Below are positions 1 to 10,100 of a DNA stretch of 64,000 nt, piece after piece. Location: positions 1,494,618 through 1,558,617 of the forward strand of contig CP181263.1 in the NCBI GenBank assembly GCA_047834405.1, written 5' to 3'. Origin of the DNA: Eubacteriales bacterium (GTDB lineage Bacteria; Bacillota; Clostridia; Oscillospirales; Acutalibacteraceae). Under the pieces are notes generated by a model, which was given only the letters and a program-made list of their open reading frames with translations, was not told the DNA's origin and made no database searches. The position numbers and the translations under genes are program-made. The number at the start of each line of letters is the position of its first letter. The stretch's first letter is position 1.

Positions 1-1
1 G

Positions 2-754
2 AGGGATTCGGATATAGGGCTGATTGACCCGTTTGACAAAGAATTTTCCGCTTTTGTATTTAAAATTCAGGCGAATATGAACAAGGCCCACCGCGACCGC
101 ATCGCGTTTATGCGCATCTGTTCCGGAAAATTCGACAGGAGTCTGGAAGTTTACCATATGCAGGGCGGAAAAAAGATGAAGCTTTTGCAGCCGCAGCAAC
201 TGATGGCTCAGGACCGTGAGGTCATCGACGAAGCGTATGCGGGCGACATTATCGGCGTTTTCGACCCCGGTATCTTTTCCATCGGGGACACCCTGTGCTC
301 CCCCTCCAAAAAGTTTTCGTTCGGCGGTATCCCGACGTTTGCCCCGGAGCATTTTTCCCGCGTGCAGCAGGTCGATACCATGAAACGCAAGCAATTCGTG
401 AAAGGAATGTTCCAGATCGCGCAGGAAGGCGCGATTCAGATTTTCCAGGAGCTGGGCGGCGGCATGGAAGAAGTGATTGTCGGCGTTGTCGGAACCCTTC
501 AGTTTGACGTGTTGGAATACCGGCTGAAAAATGAATACAATGTGGACATCCGCATGGAAGGTCTACCGTATCAGTATATCCGTTGGATTGAAAACAGCGA
601 TCTTGACCCGAAAACCCTGAACCTTACATCCGACACCAAGCGGATTCAGGACTTACGGGGGCATCACCTCTTGATCTTTGCCAATGAGTGGAGCATCCGA
701 TGGGCGCAGGAACACAACGAGGGATTGGTTCTTGCGGAATTCGGAAGAAGTTGA
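2..754 (+). CDS. prfC: Peptide chain release factor 3, C-terminal part (5' truncated by window edge)
   Basis: Frame is open from base 2. Motifs FKIQANMNKAHRDRIAFMRICSG, DEAYAGDIIG, GIPTFAPEHF, EGAIQIF and VGVVGTLQFDVLEYRLKNEY are typical of RF3. Confidence 0.95.
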   Translation, partial: RDSDIGLIDPFDKEFSAFVFKIQANMNKAHRDRIAFMRICSGKFDRSLEVYHMQGGKKMKLLQPQQLMAQDREVIDEAYAGDIIGVFDPGIFSIGDTLCSPSKKFSFGGIPTFAPEHFSRVQQVDTMKRKQFVKGMFQIAQEGAIQIFQELGGGMEEVIVGVVGTLQFDVLEYRLKNEYNVDIRMEGLPYQYIRWIENSDLDPKTLNLTSDTKRIQDLRGHHLLIFANEWSIRWAQEHNEGLVLAEFGRS

Positions 755-803
755 TGCATCGTGCAAAGCTCTTTTGGATTCATTTTTCGAAACAGGGGGA
801 TGG

Positions 804-1766
804 ATGGTGCGCTTTCTGTATTCCTTTAATACATTCATAGAAAAGCGGATGGCGTTCGTCACACCCGCGTGCCTGCTTTTCGGTGTCCTTTTTGCGGATT
901 CACTCAGCCATGTCCTGTTTATCGTTCCATATGTCTTTGCGTTCATGACGTTCTGCGGCAGTTTGGGTTCGCGGTTCGGCGATTTGAAGCGCGTGTTCCA
1001 GCACCCGATGCCGCTGATGGTTTCCCTGTTCGTTATTCATTTGGTTGTCCCCTTGCTGGCGAATATGGTCGGAAGCCTGCTCTTTCCGGGGCACCCTTAT
1101 ACCGTTACGGGAATGGTTTTGGAGTTTGTCGTTCCCAACGCGGTTGTCAGCTCGATGTGGGTTTCCATTTACCGCGGAAGCGTTCCGTTCACGCTGTCGA
1201 TTATTCTGATTGACACGCTTCTGGCGCCGTTCCTTGTCCCATTCAGCCTGCATCATTTTGTAGGTTCCAATGTTCAGGTCAATACGGCTGCGATGATGGA
1301 GGAACTGCTGCTGATGGTCGCCGTGCCGGCGGTTCTGGCTATGACGCTGAATCAATTCAGCGGAGGCACTCTGAAGCAGACGCTTTCCCCAAAGCTTGCG
1401 CCGTTCGGGAAAATTGCGCTGATGATCGTTGTTGCCGTGAATTCCTCTAAGGTTGCGCCGTTTATCAAGCATATGAACGGCTTCCTTTTTGCCGTTACCG
1501 GGACGATGCTGGTTATCGCGGCGTCGGGCTATGCCATCGGTTGGGCCTGCGCGCTTTTGCTCAGAAGGAAGCGGGAGTTGATTGTTTCGATGACCTACGC
1601 CTGCGGGATGCGCAATATCAGCGCGGGCGCCGTGATCGCCGCCGCATATTTCCCCGCGGAAGTAATGTTCCCGGTGATGATCGGAACGCTCTTCCAGCAG
1701 GTTCTTGCCGCCTTTTATGCGCAGCTTCTTGTGAAATTTTATGGGACCGGCGAAGAAACTACATAA
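804..1766 (+). CDS. Bile acid:sodium symporter family transporter
   Basis: Many hydrophobic helices with SBF-like motifs (VPNAVVSSMW, GMRNISAG). ATG at 804 follows GGGGGA; the track start at 678 overlaps prfC. Confidence 0.8.
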   Translation: MVRFLYSFNTFIEKRMAFVTPACLLFGVLFADSLSHVLFIVPYVFAFMTFCGSLGSRFGDLKRVFQHPMPLMVSLFVIHLVVPLLANMVGSLLFPGHPYTVTGMVLEFVVPNAVVSSMWVSIYRGSVPFTLSIILIDTLLAPFLVPFSLHHFVGSNVQVNTAAMMEELLLMVAVPAVLAMTLNQFSGGTLKQTLSPKLAPFGKIALMIVVAVNSSKVAPFIKHMNGFLFAVTGTMLVIAASGYAIGWACALLLRRKRELIVSMTYACGMRNISAGAVIAAAYFPAEVMFPVMIGTLFQQVLAAFYAQLLVKFYGTGEETT

Positions 1767-1775
1767 AATGAAACA

Positions 1776-1808
1776 ACCGCCGCCCCTTTGGGACGGCGGT
1801 AAATTTTT
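1776..1808 (+). terminator. Intrinsic terminator-like hairpin
   Basis: ACCGCCG...CGGCGGT stem followed by AAATTTTT. Confidence 0.55.
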
Positions 1809-1942
1809 AGGGAAACAATATGTAAAATTCTCCTATGCAGTCAGGTTTTCCCTGTTTTCCTTGTGATTTTGTGAAAACAGTCTATAATATTAGGAAAATA
1901 CATAACGGCTCGTCGAAAAGACGGTTGATCTGGAGGTATTCT

Positions 1943-2764
1943 ATGGCATTCCATTTTGAAAATTACTGGCAGCAGCTGCTGACGGCGCTGGAAGCCGGCC
2001 TGCCGAAGATAATCGGCGCCCTGTTAATTCTGGGGATCGGCTGGTGGCTCAGCAACAAGCTGGTTCATCTGATGTTCCGGGCGATGCAGCGTTCGATAGC
2101 GGACACCGGTATTACAACCTTCCTGTGCTCGCTGAGCAAATCGCTTTTGAAAATTATCGTCTGCATTACGGCTGCGGCGCAGCTCGGTATGAACGTGAGT
2201 TCCATTGTCGCGGCCCTTGGCGCCGCGGGTCTGACCATTGGTCTGGCAATGAAAGACAGCATGTCGAATATTGCCAGCGGGGCGCAGATTATTTTTACCC
2301 ACCCCTTCCGCGTCGGCGATTACCTTGCGTTCGATAAGGAGGAAGGAACGGTTGAGCGGATTGAAATCATGTTTACTTCGCTGAGGACATCCGACAATAA
2401 AGTGGTGGTGATTCCGAATTCCAAAATCACCGCCAGCGTCATTACCAATTACTCCGCCATGCCGACCCGCAGGCTGGACCTGCATTACGGCATAGGCTAC
2501 GACGCCGATATTGCGAAAGCGAAACAACTGCTGAAAAAAGTGATAGAGGACAATCCGCTGGCGCTGAAAGAACCCGCTCCGCTTGTGGCCGTGGGCGAAC
2601 ATAAGGATAGTTCCGTTACCATAGAAGTTCGGATTTGGTGTAAGAGAGAAGATTTTACCGCCCTCTATTTCGATATGCAGGAGAAGGTAAAGCTTGCATT
2701 CGACGAGGCGGGAATGAATATCCCTTATAACCAGTTGGACGTACATGTAAAGCCGGAAGGCTGA
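1943..2764 (+). CDS. mscS: Small-conductance mechanosensitive channel
   Basis: Motifs LGAAGLTIGLAMKDSMSNIASG, PFRVGD and IPNS. GGAGG RBS precedes the ATG at 1943. Confidence 0.9.
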   Translation: MAFHFENYWQQLLTALEAGLPKIIGALLILGIGWWLSNKLVHLMFRAMQRSIADTGITTFLCSLSKSLLKIIVCITAAAQLGMNVSSIVAALGAAGLTIGLAMKDSMSNIASGAQIIFTHPFRVGDYLAFDKEEGTVERIEIMFTSLRTSDNKVVVIPNSKITASVITNYSAMPTRRLDLHYGIGYDADIAKAKQLLKKVIEDNPLALKEPAPLVAVGEHKDSSVTIEVRIWCKREDFTALYFDMQEKVKLAFDEAGMNIPYNQLDVHVKPEG

Positions 2765-2767
2765 AAT

Positions 2768-2806
2768 AAAAAACAGGAGCCTGTAACAGCAGGCCCCTGT
2801 TTTTTT
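2768..2806. terminator. Bidirectional terminator between convergent mscS and metY
   Basis: AAAAAACAGG.GCCTG...CAGGC.CCTGTTTTTTT. Confidence 0.8.
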
Positions 2807-2820
2807 ATGATACGTTGCAT

Positions 2821-4101
2821 TTACGATAATGCCTGGTTAAGGTCATAAAGCAAATCGTCGATGTGCTCGGTGCCGATGGAAAGGCGGATGGTGTTTGGTT
2901 TAATACCGGACTGAAGCAGTTCGCTTTCCGTCATCTGGGAGTGCGTGGTGCTCGCCGGATGGATGACCAGCGATTTAACGTCGGCCACATTGGCAAGCAG
3001 GGAGAAAATCTGGAGCCGGTCAATAAAATGCTTCGCTTCCTGTGCGCCGCCCTTAATCTCGAAAGTAAAGATCGAACCGGCGCCGTTCGGGAAATATTTC
3101 CGATACAGGGTATGGTACGGGCTGTCGGGCAGGGACGGATGGTTCACGCGTTCCACCCTCGGATGCTTCGAGAGAAAGTCAACGACCTTTAAAGCGTTTT
3201 CCACGTGCCGCTCAACGCGGAGGGAGAGCGTTTCAAGCCCCTGCAGGAGCAGGAAGGAATTGAACGGGCTGATCGTCGCCCCGGTGTCCCTCAGCAGGAT
3301 TACGCGGATGCGCGTTACGAACGCCGCGGCTCCAACGTCCTTGGTAAAGCGGATTCCGTGGTAGCTGGGGTCCGGCTCGCTCAGCCACGGGAATTTTCCG
3401 GAAGCCTCCCAGTCGAATTTCCCGGAGTCCACGATTACGCCGCCCAGGGACGTGCCGTGCCCGCCGATGAATTTCGTTGCCGAATGCACCACGATATCCG
3501 CGCCATGCTCAATGGGGCGGAGAAGATACGGGGTTGCGAAGGTATTGTCCACAATCAGCGGGATGCTGTGCTTGTGCGCGACGGCGGCAACCGCGTCCAT
3601 ATCCACAAGGCTGGAATTCGGGTTGCCGAGTGTCTCGATAAAAACCGCCTTTGTGTTTGGGCGTATGGCGTTTTCAAAACTGTTTTCCTTGTCAGCGTCA
3701 ACAAAGGTCGTGTGGATTCCGAAAGCTGCAAGCGTATGCTCCAGCAAATTATATGTACCGCCGTAGATGGTGTTTGCGGAAACGATATGGTCACCCGCGT
3801 GTGCTAAGTTCTGAATGGCATAGGTAATGGCCGAAGCCCCCGAAGCGGTTGCAAGGGCGGCGACGCCGCCTTCCAGCGCGGCTACACGCTGCTCGAATAC
3901 GTCCGAGGTGGGGTTCATCAGCCTGCTGTAAACGTTGCCCGTCTCGGCTAAGCCAAAGCGGTTGGCGGCCTGCGCGCAATCCTTGAATACGTAAGAGGTG
4001 GTCTGGTAAATCGGTACGGCCCTTGCGTCCGTCGCCGGATCGGGCTTTTCCTGCCCCGCATGTACCTGTAAGGTTTCAAATTGATATTTTCTGCCGTTCA
4101 T
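2821..4101 (-). CDS. metY: O-acetylhomoserine aminocarboxypropyltransferase (OAH/OAS sulfhydrylase)
   Basis: Motifs [32 protein letters not shown]-lysine motif [11 protein letters not shown] and [21 protein letters not shown]. Confidence 0.93.
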   Translation of the reverse strand: MNGRKYQFETLQVHAGQEKPDPATDARAVPIYQTTSYVFKDCAQAANRFGLAETGNVYSRLMNPTSDVFEQRVAALEGGVAALATASGASAITYAIQNLAHAGDHIVSANTIYGGTYNLLEHTLAAFGIHTTFVDADKENSFENAIRPNTKAVFIETLGNPNSSLVDMDAVAAVAHKHSIPLIVDNTFATPYLLRPIEHGADIVVHSATKFIGGHGTSLGGVIVDSGKFDWEASGKFPWLSEPDPSYHGIRFTKDVGAAAFVTRIRVILLRDTGATISPFNSFLLLQGLETLSLRVERHVENALKVVDFLSKHPRVERVNHPSLPDSPYHTLYRKYFPNGAGSIFTFEIKGGAQEAKHFIDRLQIFSLLANVADVKSLVIHPASTTHSQMTESELLQSGIKPNTIRLSIGTEHIDDLLYDLNQALS

Positions 4102-4128
4102 AATAACAAAGCTCCTTCTGCATGATTT

Positions 4129-4224
4129 TTATTGATTAAAACAACAAGAGGAGCCGCACATTCGTTCATGCAGAAAATTACGGAGTAACATCCGGCCGTG
4201 GTTTATTGCTTTCGCTTGATTCAT
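4129..4224 (-). CDS. Putative leader peptide of metY (31 aa: MNQAKAINHGRMLLRNFLHERMCGSSCCFNQ)
   Basis: Hand-translated. Strong RBS (GGAGGAG). Ends 27 nt before the metY ATG and has a Met-Cys-x3-Cys-Cys cluster near its 3' end. Confidence 0.7.
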   Translation of the reverse strand: MNQAKAINHGRMLLRNFLHERMCGSSCCFNQ

Positions 4225-4280
4225 AGGACTCCTCCTTTAACATTATAATTCATATAAAAATAGTAATGTTTATTGCTGCT

Positions 4281-4309
4281 ATATTACTACTTTACAAGGG
4301 TGATGTCAA
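4281..4309 (-). promoter_or_regulatory. sigA promoter for leader peptide-metY
   Basis: TTGACA-N17-TAATAT on the minus strand. Confidence 0.75.
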
Positions 4310-4318
4310 GTAGAATTT

Positions 4319-4352
4319 AAAAACTCCCGCGACAGTTTGTCGCGGGAGTTTT
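4319..4352 (-). terminator. Terminator after rRNA methyltransferase gene
   Basis: Perfect inverted repeat AAAAACTCCCGCGACA/TGTCGCGGGAGTTTTT. Confidence 0.85.
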
Positions 4353-5583
4353 TTATACGATTTGGAAGATATAAAATTTCAGATAGCTTGTTTCCGGCAC
4401 GTTCCACAGGATGGGGTGGTCGGGGGCCTGCTGGCGGGCTTCGATCTGTTTCAGCGATACCTGCGCGTCAAACGCCGCGCTTCGGAGCATGCTGCGGAAA
4501 AGCTCGTCGGTCATAAAGTGGGAACAGGAGCAGGTTGCCAGATATCCTCCGCGCGGGAGCACCTTCATTGCGCGCAGATTGATTTCTTTGTAGCCCTTTA
4601 TCGCGTGCTCAACAGTATGGCGGGACTTGGTAAAAGCGGGAGGATCCAATATGATGAAATCGTAACCGTCCTTTGCGCCGCAGGGCAGTTCCGGAAGGAG
4701 GTCGAATACATTTGCGGTTTGAAAGGTTATTTTTTCCTGAAGGCCGTTCCGCTCTGCGTTTTTCTGCGCCATGGCGATGGCGTCTCCGGAGATATCCACG
4801 GCGTGGACGCGTTCGGCGCCGCCTTTTGCCGCGTTCAGCGCGAAGGAACCGGTGTGGGTAAAGCAGTCCAGGACTTTTTTCCCGCGGCTGAGCTGCGCGA
4901 CCGCTTTGCGGTTGTATTTCTGGTCGAGGAAAAAACCGGTTTTCTGCCCGTTTTCAAAGTCCACGCTGTATTCGATTCCGTTTTCAAGAATCGTTGTTTC
5001 TGTGGATTCCGGCTGCGGCAATCCGGGGATCGGATAAAAGCCTTTGTTTTGCTCCATGCCTTCCAGTTCGCGGATCGTAACATCGTTTCGCTCGTAAACG
5101 CCGTCGATGGCCTGCCCGTCTTCCGCAAGGATTTTGTAAAGCAGCGGAAAGAGAATCGGCTTCAGCTTTTCCATTCCAAGGGAAAGCGTCTGTGTTACCA
5201 GAATGTTGTTGAAACGATCCACCGTAAGCCCGGGAAATTGATCCGCTTCACCGAAAATTATGCGGCAGCAGGACAAATCGTTCCCCATAACCGTTTTGCG
5301 GTAGTTCCAGGCGTACCGCAGGCGGCGCTCGAAAAAGGCTTCGTCGAAAACATCGTTCGCGTTTCGGGAAAGCAGGCGAATCCAGGATTTTGGAATGGTC
5401 GTTAATGAATCCTGTGCCCAGGTATTTTTCCCGCATATTGAATACATCAATGAGTTCGCCGTTCTGATATGCGCCCTCGATTTTTAAAATTTCGGTATTA
5501 TAGACCCATGGATGGCCGGCCAGAATGCTGCTTTCCGCTTTCCGGGTCAAAATGGCTTTCGGATAATTTCTTATTTGTTTCAT
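4353..5583 (-). pseudogene. RlmI/RlmL-like class I SAM-dependent rRNA methyltransferase, frameshifted (+1 near 5382-5386)
   Basis: The N-terminal PUA part (GHPWVYNTEI, ORF 5248-5583) and the C-terminal part (GEADQFPGLTVDRF, GQKTGFFLDQ, ILDPPAF, ORF 4353-5450) join into one gene if one base is removed at DHSKI|RIRLL. Could be a sequencing error. Confidence 0.8.
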
Positions 5584-5786
5584 GTTTATTCCTCTTTTGT
5601 TTTACTTGACAGCCGACCGCTTTTTGAAGTTATCCGGTTGTCCGTTTTCTTCTGAACTTGCTAGTCCGGCGCACCGTTTACAGTTTTGTAGCAACCCCTT
5701 ACAGTTCTGTTGCTTTTCTTGCTTTCCTGCTGAGCCCGGGTTATGATTAAAATAGAAAAAGAATGATGAACAGGGGTGGGATTTCA

Positions 5787-6170
5787 ATGAAAATCAAGAA
5801 GTTTACGGTTCTAATCGTTTTGACGCTTTTCTTATTGATTCCGGCCGCCTGTACCAAAGCCGGTTCCACGAAGGAACAGCCTGCGGAGCTTCGGCCGACG
5901 CTGACCGTACAGAATATTGACCGGGAAGAGGCCGAGAGCGTAATTAAAAATACGATCCGCTTGAATTATAATCAATATCGGCTGGATTTGACGAACGAAA
6001 ATCTTTCCTATGGCGGCGATCAATTCTACCAATTCGAAATTTCCGATCACAACAGCACGGTCGGTCCGTCGATTATCGTCAGCAAGAGCAACGGCGTGAT
6101 TTTGTGCTATTATCCGGACCATTCCGTTTCGGACGTCTATCAGGACGAAGTTTTCAAAACCAAATGCTGA
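5787..6170 (+). CDS. Hypothetical lipoprotein
   Basis: Signal peptide MKIKKF... ending in lipobox-like PAAC, followed by its own terminator. Confidence 0.7.
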   Translation: MKIKKFTVLIVLTLFLLIPAACTKAGSTKEQPAELRPTLTVQNIDREEAESVIKNTIRLNYNQYRLDLTNENLSYGGDQFYQFEISDHNSTVGPSIIVSKSNGVILCYYPDHSVSDVYQDEVFKTKC

Positions 6171-6194
6171 TGGGATAGTTTCGAAAGAATATTG

Positions 6195-6225
6195 ACTGCG
6201 CCTGCGATGTGCAGGCGCAGTTTTT
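6195..6225. terminator. Terminator between convergent genes
   Basis: ACTGCGCCTGC-gatgt-GCAGGCGCAGT then a T run. Confidence 0.8.
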
Positions 6226-6244
6226 CTCTGAGAGCTGTGGAATC

Positions 6245-6934
6245 CTACATTCCAATCAGTTTCTTTACAATAAAATAGAGAAAAGGGAGAAAAAGGGCCG
6301 GCAGCATATTGCCGACCTTTATTTTTTTGATTTTCAGCATATTCAGGCTGATCGCTATGATTAACACGCCGCCGATCGCCGTAATTTCCCGGATCATTTC
6401 CGCTGACAGGAGCGATTTTAGGGACGAAGCCAAAAGGGTGATGGTTCCCTGATAGAGCAGGATTACGGCGGCGGAAAAAATGACGCCAACGCCCAGCGCC
6501 GAGGTGAGGAAGACGGCACAGATTCCGTCCAGTATTGATTTTGCGAAAAGCGTCTGATGGTTCCCGGTAAGGCCGCTTTCGATGGAACCGACAATCGACA
6601 TGGAGCCGACACAGAAAATCAGGCTGGCGGTTACAAAGGCTTTTGCAACCCCGCCGTCTGAACGGGAGGTCCGGCGCTCGATTATTCTGCCGAGGCCCTC
6701 GAGCCGGTCCTCGATTTTCAGCGCTTCCCCGATTATGCTGCCGACGGCCATGCAGGTAATCAGCAGAAGCAGATTATTGGCTTTGACCGCGCTTATAATG
6801 CCGATCAGCAGCACCGAAAGGCCAATCGCATTCATTATGGTTTCCTGATAGTTTTCCCGGATTCCGCTTTTTAAAACCAGCCCCAAAGCGGTTCCCGCCA
6901 CTACCGCAAGCGCGTTTACAATCGTTCCCAGCAT
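6245..6934 (-). CDS. DUF554 family membrane protein
   Basis: Motifs MLGTIVNALAV, LIFCVGSMSIVGSIESG and AKSILDG. Confidence 0.88.
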   Translation of the reverse strand: MLGTIVNALAVVAGTALGLVLKSGIRENYQETIMNAIGLSVLLIGIISAVKANNLLLLITCMAVGSIIGEALKIEDRLEGLGRIIERRTSRSDGGVAKAFVTASLIFCVGSMSIVGSIESGLTGNHQTLFAKSILDGICAVFLTSALGVGVIFSAAVILLYQGTITLLASSLKSLLSAEMIREITAIGGVLIIAISLNMLKIKKIKVGNMLPALFLPFLYFIVKKLIGM

Positions 6935-7164
6935 ATCCTTCCGACTTCCCATCCGTTCATGTGTTTTTTATGATATATCAATTCGCGTTTCGATGTCAAT
7001 AAGGTTTCCTTTTTATTTGCGGCATTTCCAAAAGACGCCGTGAAAACCATTTGCTTTCTTCCCTTTCCGCAGGCCCGGGAATACCGCCCTGCCTTTCAGT
7101 TTTTATTTAAAATTGCAATAGGGTATGGTATGATATGTTTATCAGTCAGGGAGGTGTCGGCGTA

Positions 7165-10100
7165 GTGAATAAGACGGTGATTAAGGCGTTTGCAACCAAT
7201 GCGAGAAGGAAGCTCATTGCGTCGGTCTCCCAAAGGATTACGGACAATATCGGCAGCGGAAAACCGATTGCCGAGCTTGCGGCGGACCTTGCGGAAAAGG
7301 GGTTCGACGCCGTCGCGGAGGAAGTGTCCTATATCTGGTTTAAACGGATTGTCGGCGTTCGTTTTATGGAAGTCAACGGGTATCTGCCCGGCGGCGTGCG
7401 CGTGCTGTCTTCGGAACATCCGGGGCAGGTTCTTCCGGATATTGTTGCCGCCGCGCCGCAGAAGGAAAAAACCGACGCGCTTTTTACCTCGCTGTTTATC
7501 GATTGCTGCCGTTCCCTTGCTGAAATCCTGCCGGATTATTTTGGGAGTGCATGCGGGTATCTGGACGCTCTGCTGGAACTGTCCTTTCAGGATAAAAACG
7601 GGATTGTCCGAAGGCTGGTCGACGGTATATCCGAAGAGGATTTCCGCGAAGCGGTTGAAATCGTCGGCTGGCTGTACCAGTACTATAACGATGACCGGAA
7701 AAATGCAGTAACCGGCTTGAACGGCGGGCGGGTAAAACGTGAGGATGTCCCCGCCGCGACCCAATTTTTTACGACCGACTGGATTGTGCGCAGCATGGTT
7801 GACAATTCGCTCGGCAGATACTGGCTGGAACGCCACCCCAAAAGCCCGTTGAAGGAGAAGCTTCTCTATTATCTGGGGGGCGGGGAGGAAGCGGCGGGAC
7901 AGGAGATTTCCCCGCAGGAAATAAAAATCCTCGACCCCTGCATGGGCAGCGGGCATATCCTGGTTTATGCCTTTGAAATACTGGTTGAAATATACGGGGA
8001 ATGCGGCTATTCGGCTTATGACGCCGCCGAGCAGATCCTTCGCCATAACCTTTACGGCCTTGATGTGGACCAGCGTTCGTATGAATTGGCTTATTTTGCC
8101 CTTTTTATGAAGGCGAGAAGCTATAACGCGGATATTTTTACAAGGAAAATACCGCTCAATCTGTTTCCAATTCAGGAAAGCAACGGAATCAGCGAAGAAT
8201 TGCTTTCCTTTGTGGCTGACGGGGATAAAGAATTGCAGGAGGATTTGCAAAGCTTAACGGCTTCTTTTCGGGACGCCAAAGAATACGGAAGCCTGATTTC
8301 GGTCGGTTCCCTGCATTTTGACCGTATTGACCGGCGTGTGGAAAAAATTCGCCAAGAGGAATACGGTTTGTCCTGCCCGGCCCTCCGGGAGGATACGCTG
8401 AAAAAGCTCCTGCCGCTTATCCGACAGGCGCGGGCAATGGCGGGAACCTATCCGGTTGTGGCGACAAATCCCCCGTATCTTTATAAGATGAATCCGAAGC
8501 TGAAAGCGTATGTCAACCGCCACTATCATGCATATGCCGGCGATTTGTTTGCGGTGTTTTTATACCGTAATTTCGGATTCTGCACAGAAAACGGGTATTG
8601 CGCGTTTATGTCCCCGTTTGTGTGGATGTTCATTAAAACGTATCAGAAATTAAGGGAATACATCCTCCGGGAGAAATCCATATCTTCCCTTATCCAGTTG
8701 GAGTACTCCGCGTTTGAGGAAGCGACCGTGCCGGTCTGCACCTTTGTCCTGAAAAACGGGCCCGAGACGAGGCCGGGCATTTACTTAAGGCTGTCCGATT
8801 TCCGCGGCGGTATGGAGGTGCAGAAGCAAAAGGCAATCGAAGCCTCCCGGAACCCCCGGTGCCCTTACCGCTATGAAACACCGGCGGCTCGCTTTACCAG
8901 AATCCCCGGAATGCCGATCGCGTATTGGGCGGACAGGGAATACAGCGAAATATTCCTCAATACCCCCGGTATCGGCGCGTACGCTGCCGTAACCAACGGG
9001 CTTTTTACCTGTAACAATAAACGCTTCCTGCGCTATTGGTTTGAGGTGCCGCGCGAAGAAATCCATTTTCATTGCTCCGGCAGGGAGGACTGTGAAAAAA
9101 GTCCGCTGAAATGGTATCCCTACAATAAAGGCGGCGGATTTCGGAAATGGTACGGCAATCAGGAGTATGTCGTGAATTTTCAGAATTTCGGGGAGGAAAT
9201 CAGCAAATACCGGGTGCAGTCCGGACAATCCGCGGTTTTCCCCGGGCAGGACTATTATTTTTTACCGGGTATTTCCTGGTCTTTCGTCAGTTCATCCAGA
9301 TTCGGCGTGCGTTATTATCCCGGCGGCTTTGTGTTTGATATTGCCGGTTCCTCGGTTTTTATGAAGCGCAGGGAGGATGTCCTTTACACGCTGGGCTTTT
9401 TGTCCAGCAAATGCGCGTTTGCGATGCTGAATTTAATCAATCCGACGTTGAATTATCAGGCTGGGAACATTGCGCAGCTTCCGCTCCGCATTGACGAAAG
9501 CGTAAAACCCCGGATTGACGCGCTTGTCCGCGAAAATATTGCGATTTCCAAAGCGGACTGGGATTTTTCCGAAACAAGCTGGGGTTTCGAAACGCACCCG
9601 TTTGTAAAGTTTCAGTCCGGAAGCGGGAAAATAGCAGATGCTTATGCCGCGTGGAAGGAATACGCGGAGCGCCGGTTTCAGCGTCTGAAGGAAAATGAAG
9701 AAGAAATTAACCGGATCTTTATCCGGATATATGGTTTGCAGAACAATCTGAGCCCGGAGGAGGAAGAACGGGACATTACCGTCCGCCGCGCCGCGCTTGC
9801 CCGGGACACCCGAAGCTTCCTCCATTTTGCGGTCGGTTGTGTCTTCGGCCGTTTTCCTGTGCCGGGCTACCATACCGATGTTACGGATACGGTGCCGATT
9901 TGCGGCGAGATACCGGATGACCTTGTAGCAAGGGTGGTTGCTTTCGTCCGGTGCGTGTTTGGAAAGGCGTCCCTGCAGGAAAATCTGGAATTCCTTTCCT
10001 CCGCTCTGGACGGCAGCGGCAGCCCTCTGGAAAAGATACGGGCGTATTATACGTATTCCTTTTACCAGGAGCATTGCAGGCTGTATAAAAAAAGGCCGAT

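Noticed and set aside
7070-7100. Hairpin with a GGAATAC loop resembling that at 14938-14960
   Set aside because: GAATAC is frequent throughout the window (Glu-Tyr codons) and the stems are unrelated, so there is no repeat family.
7096-8250. 384-aa minus-strand ORF, plus other long antisense ORFs (4362-5405, 12254-13195, 18060-18944, 46580-47545)
   Set aside because: They are shadows of well-supported genes on the opposite strand, with no recognisable motifs or RBS.
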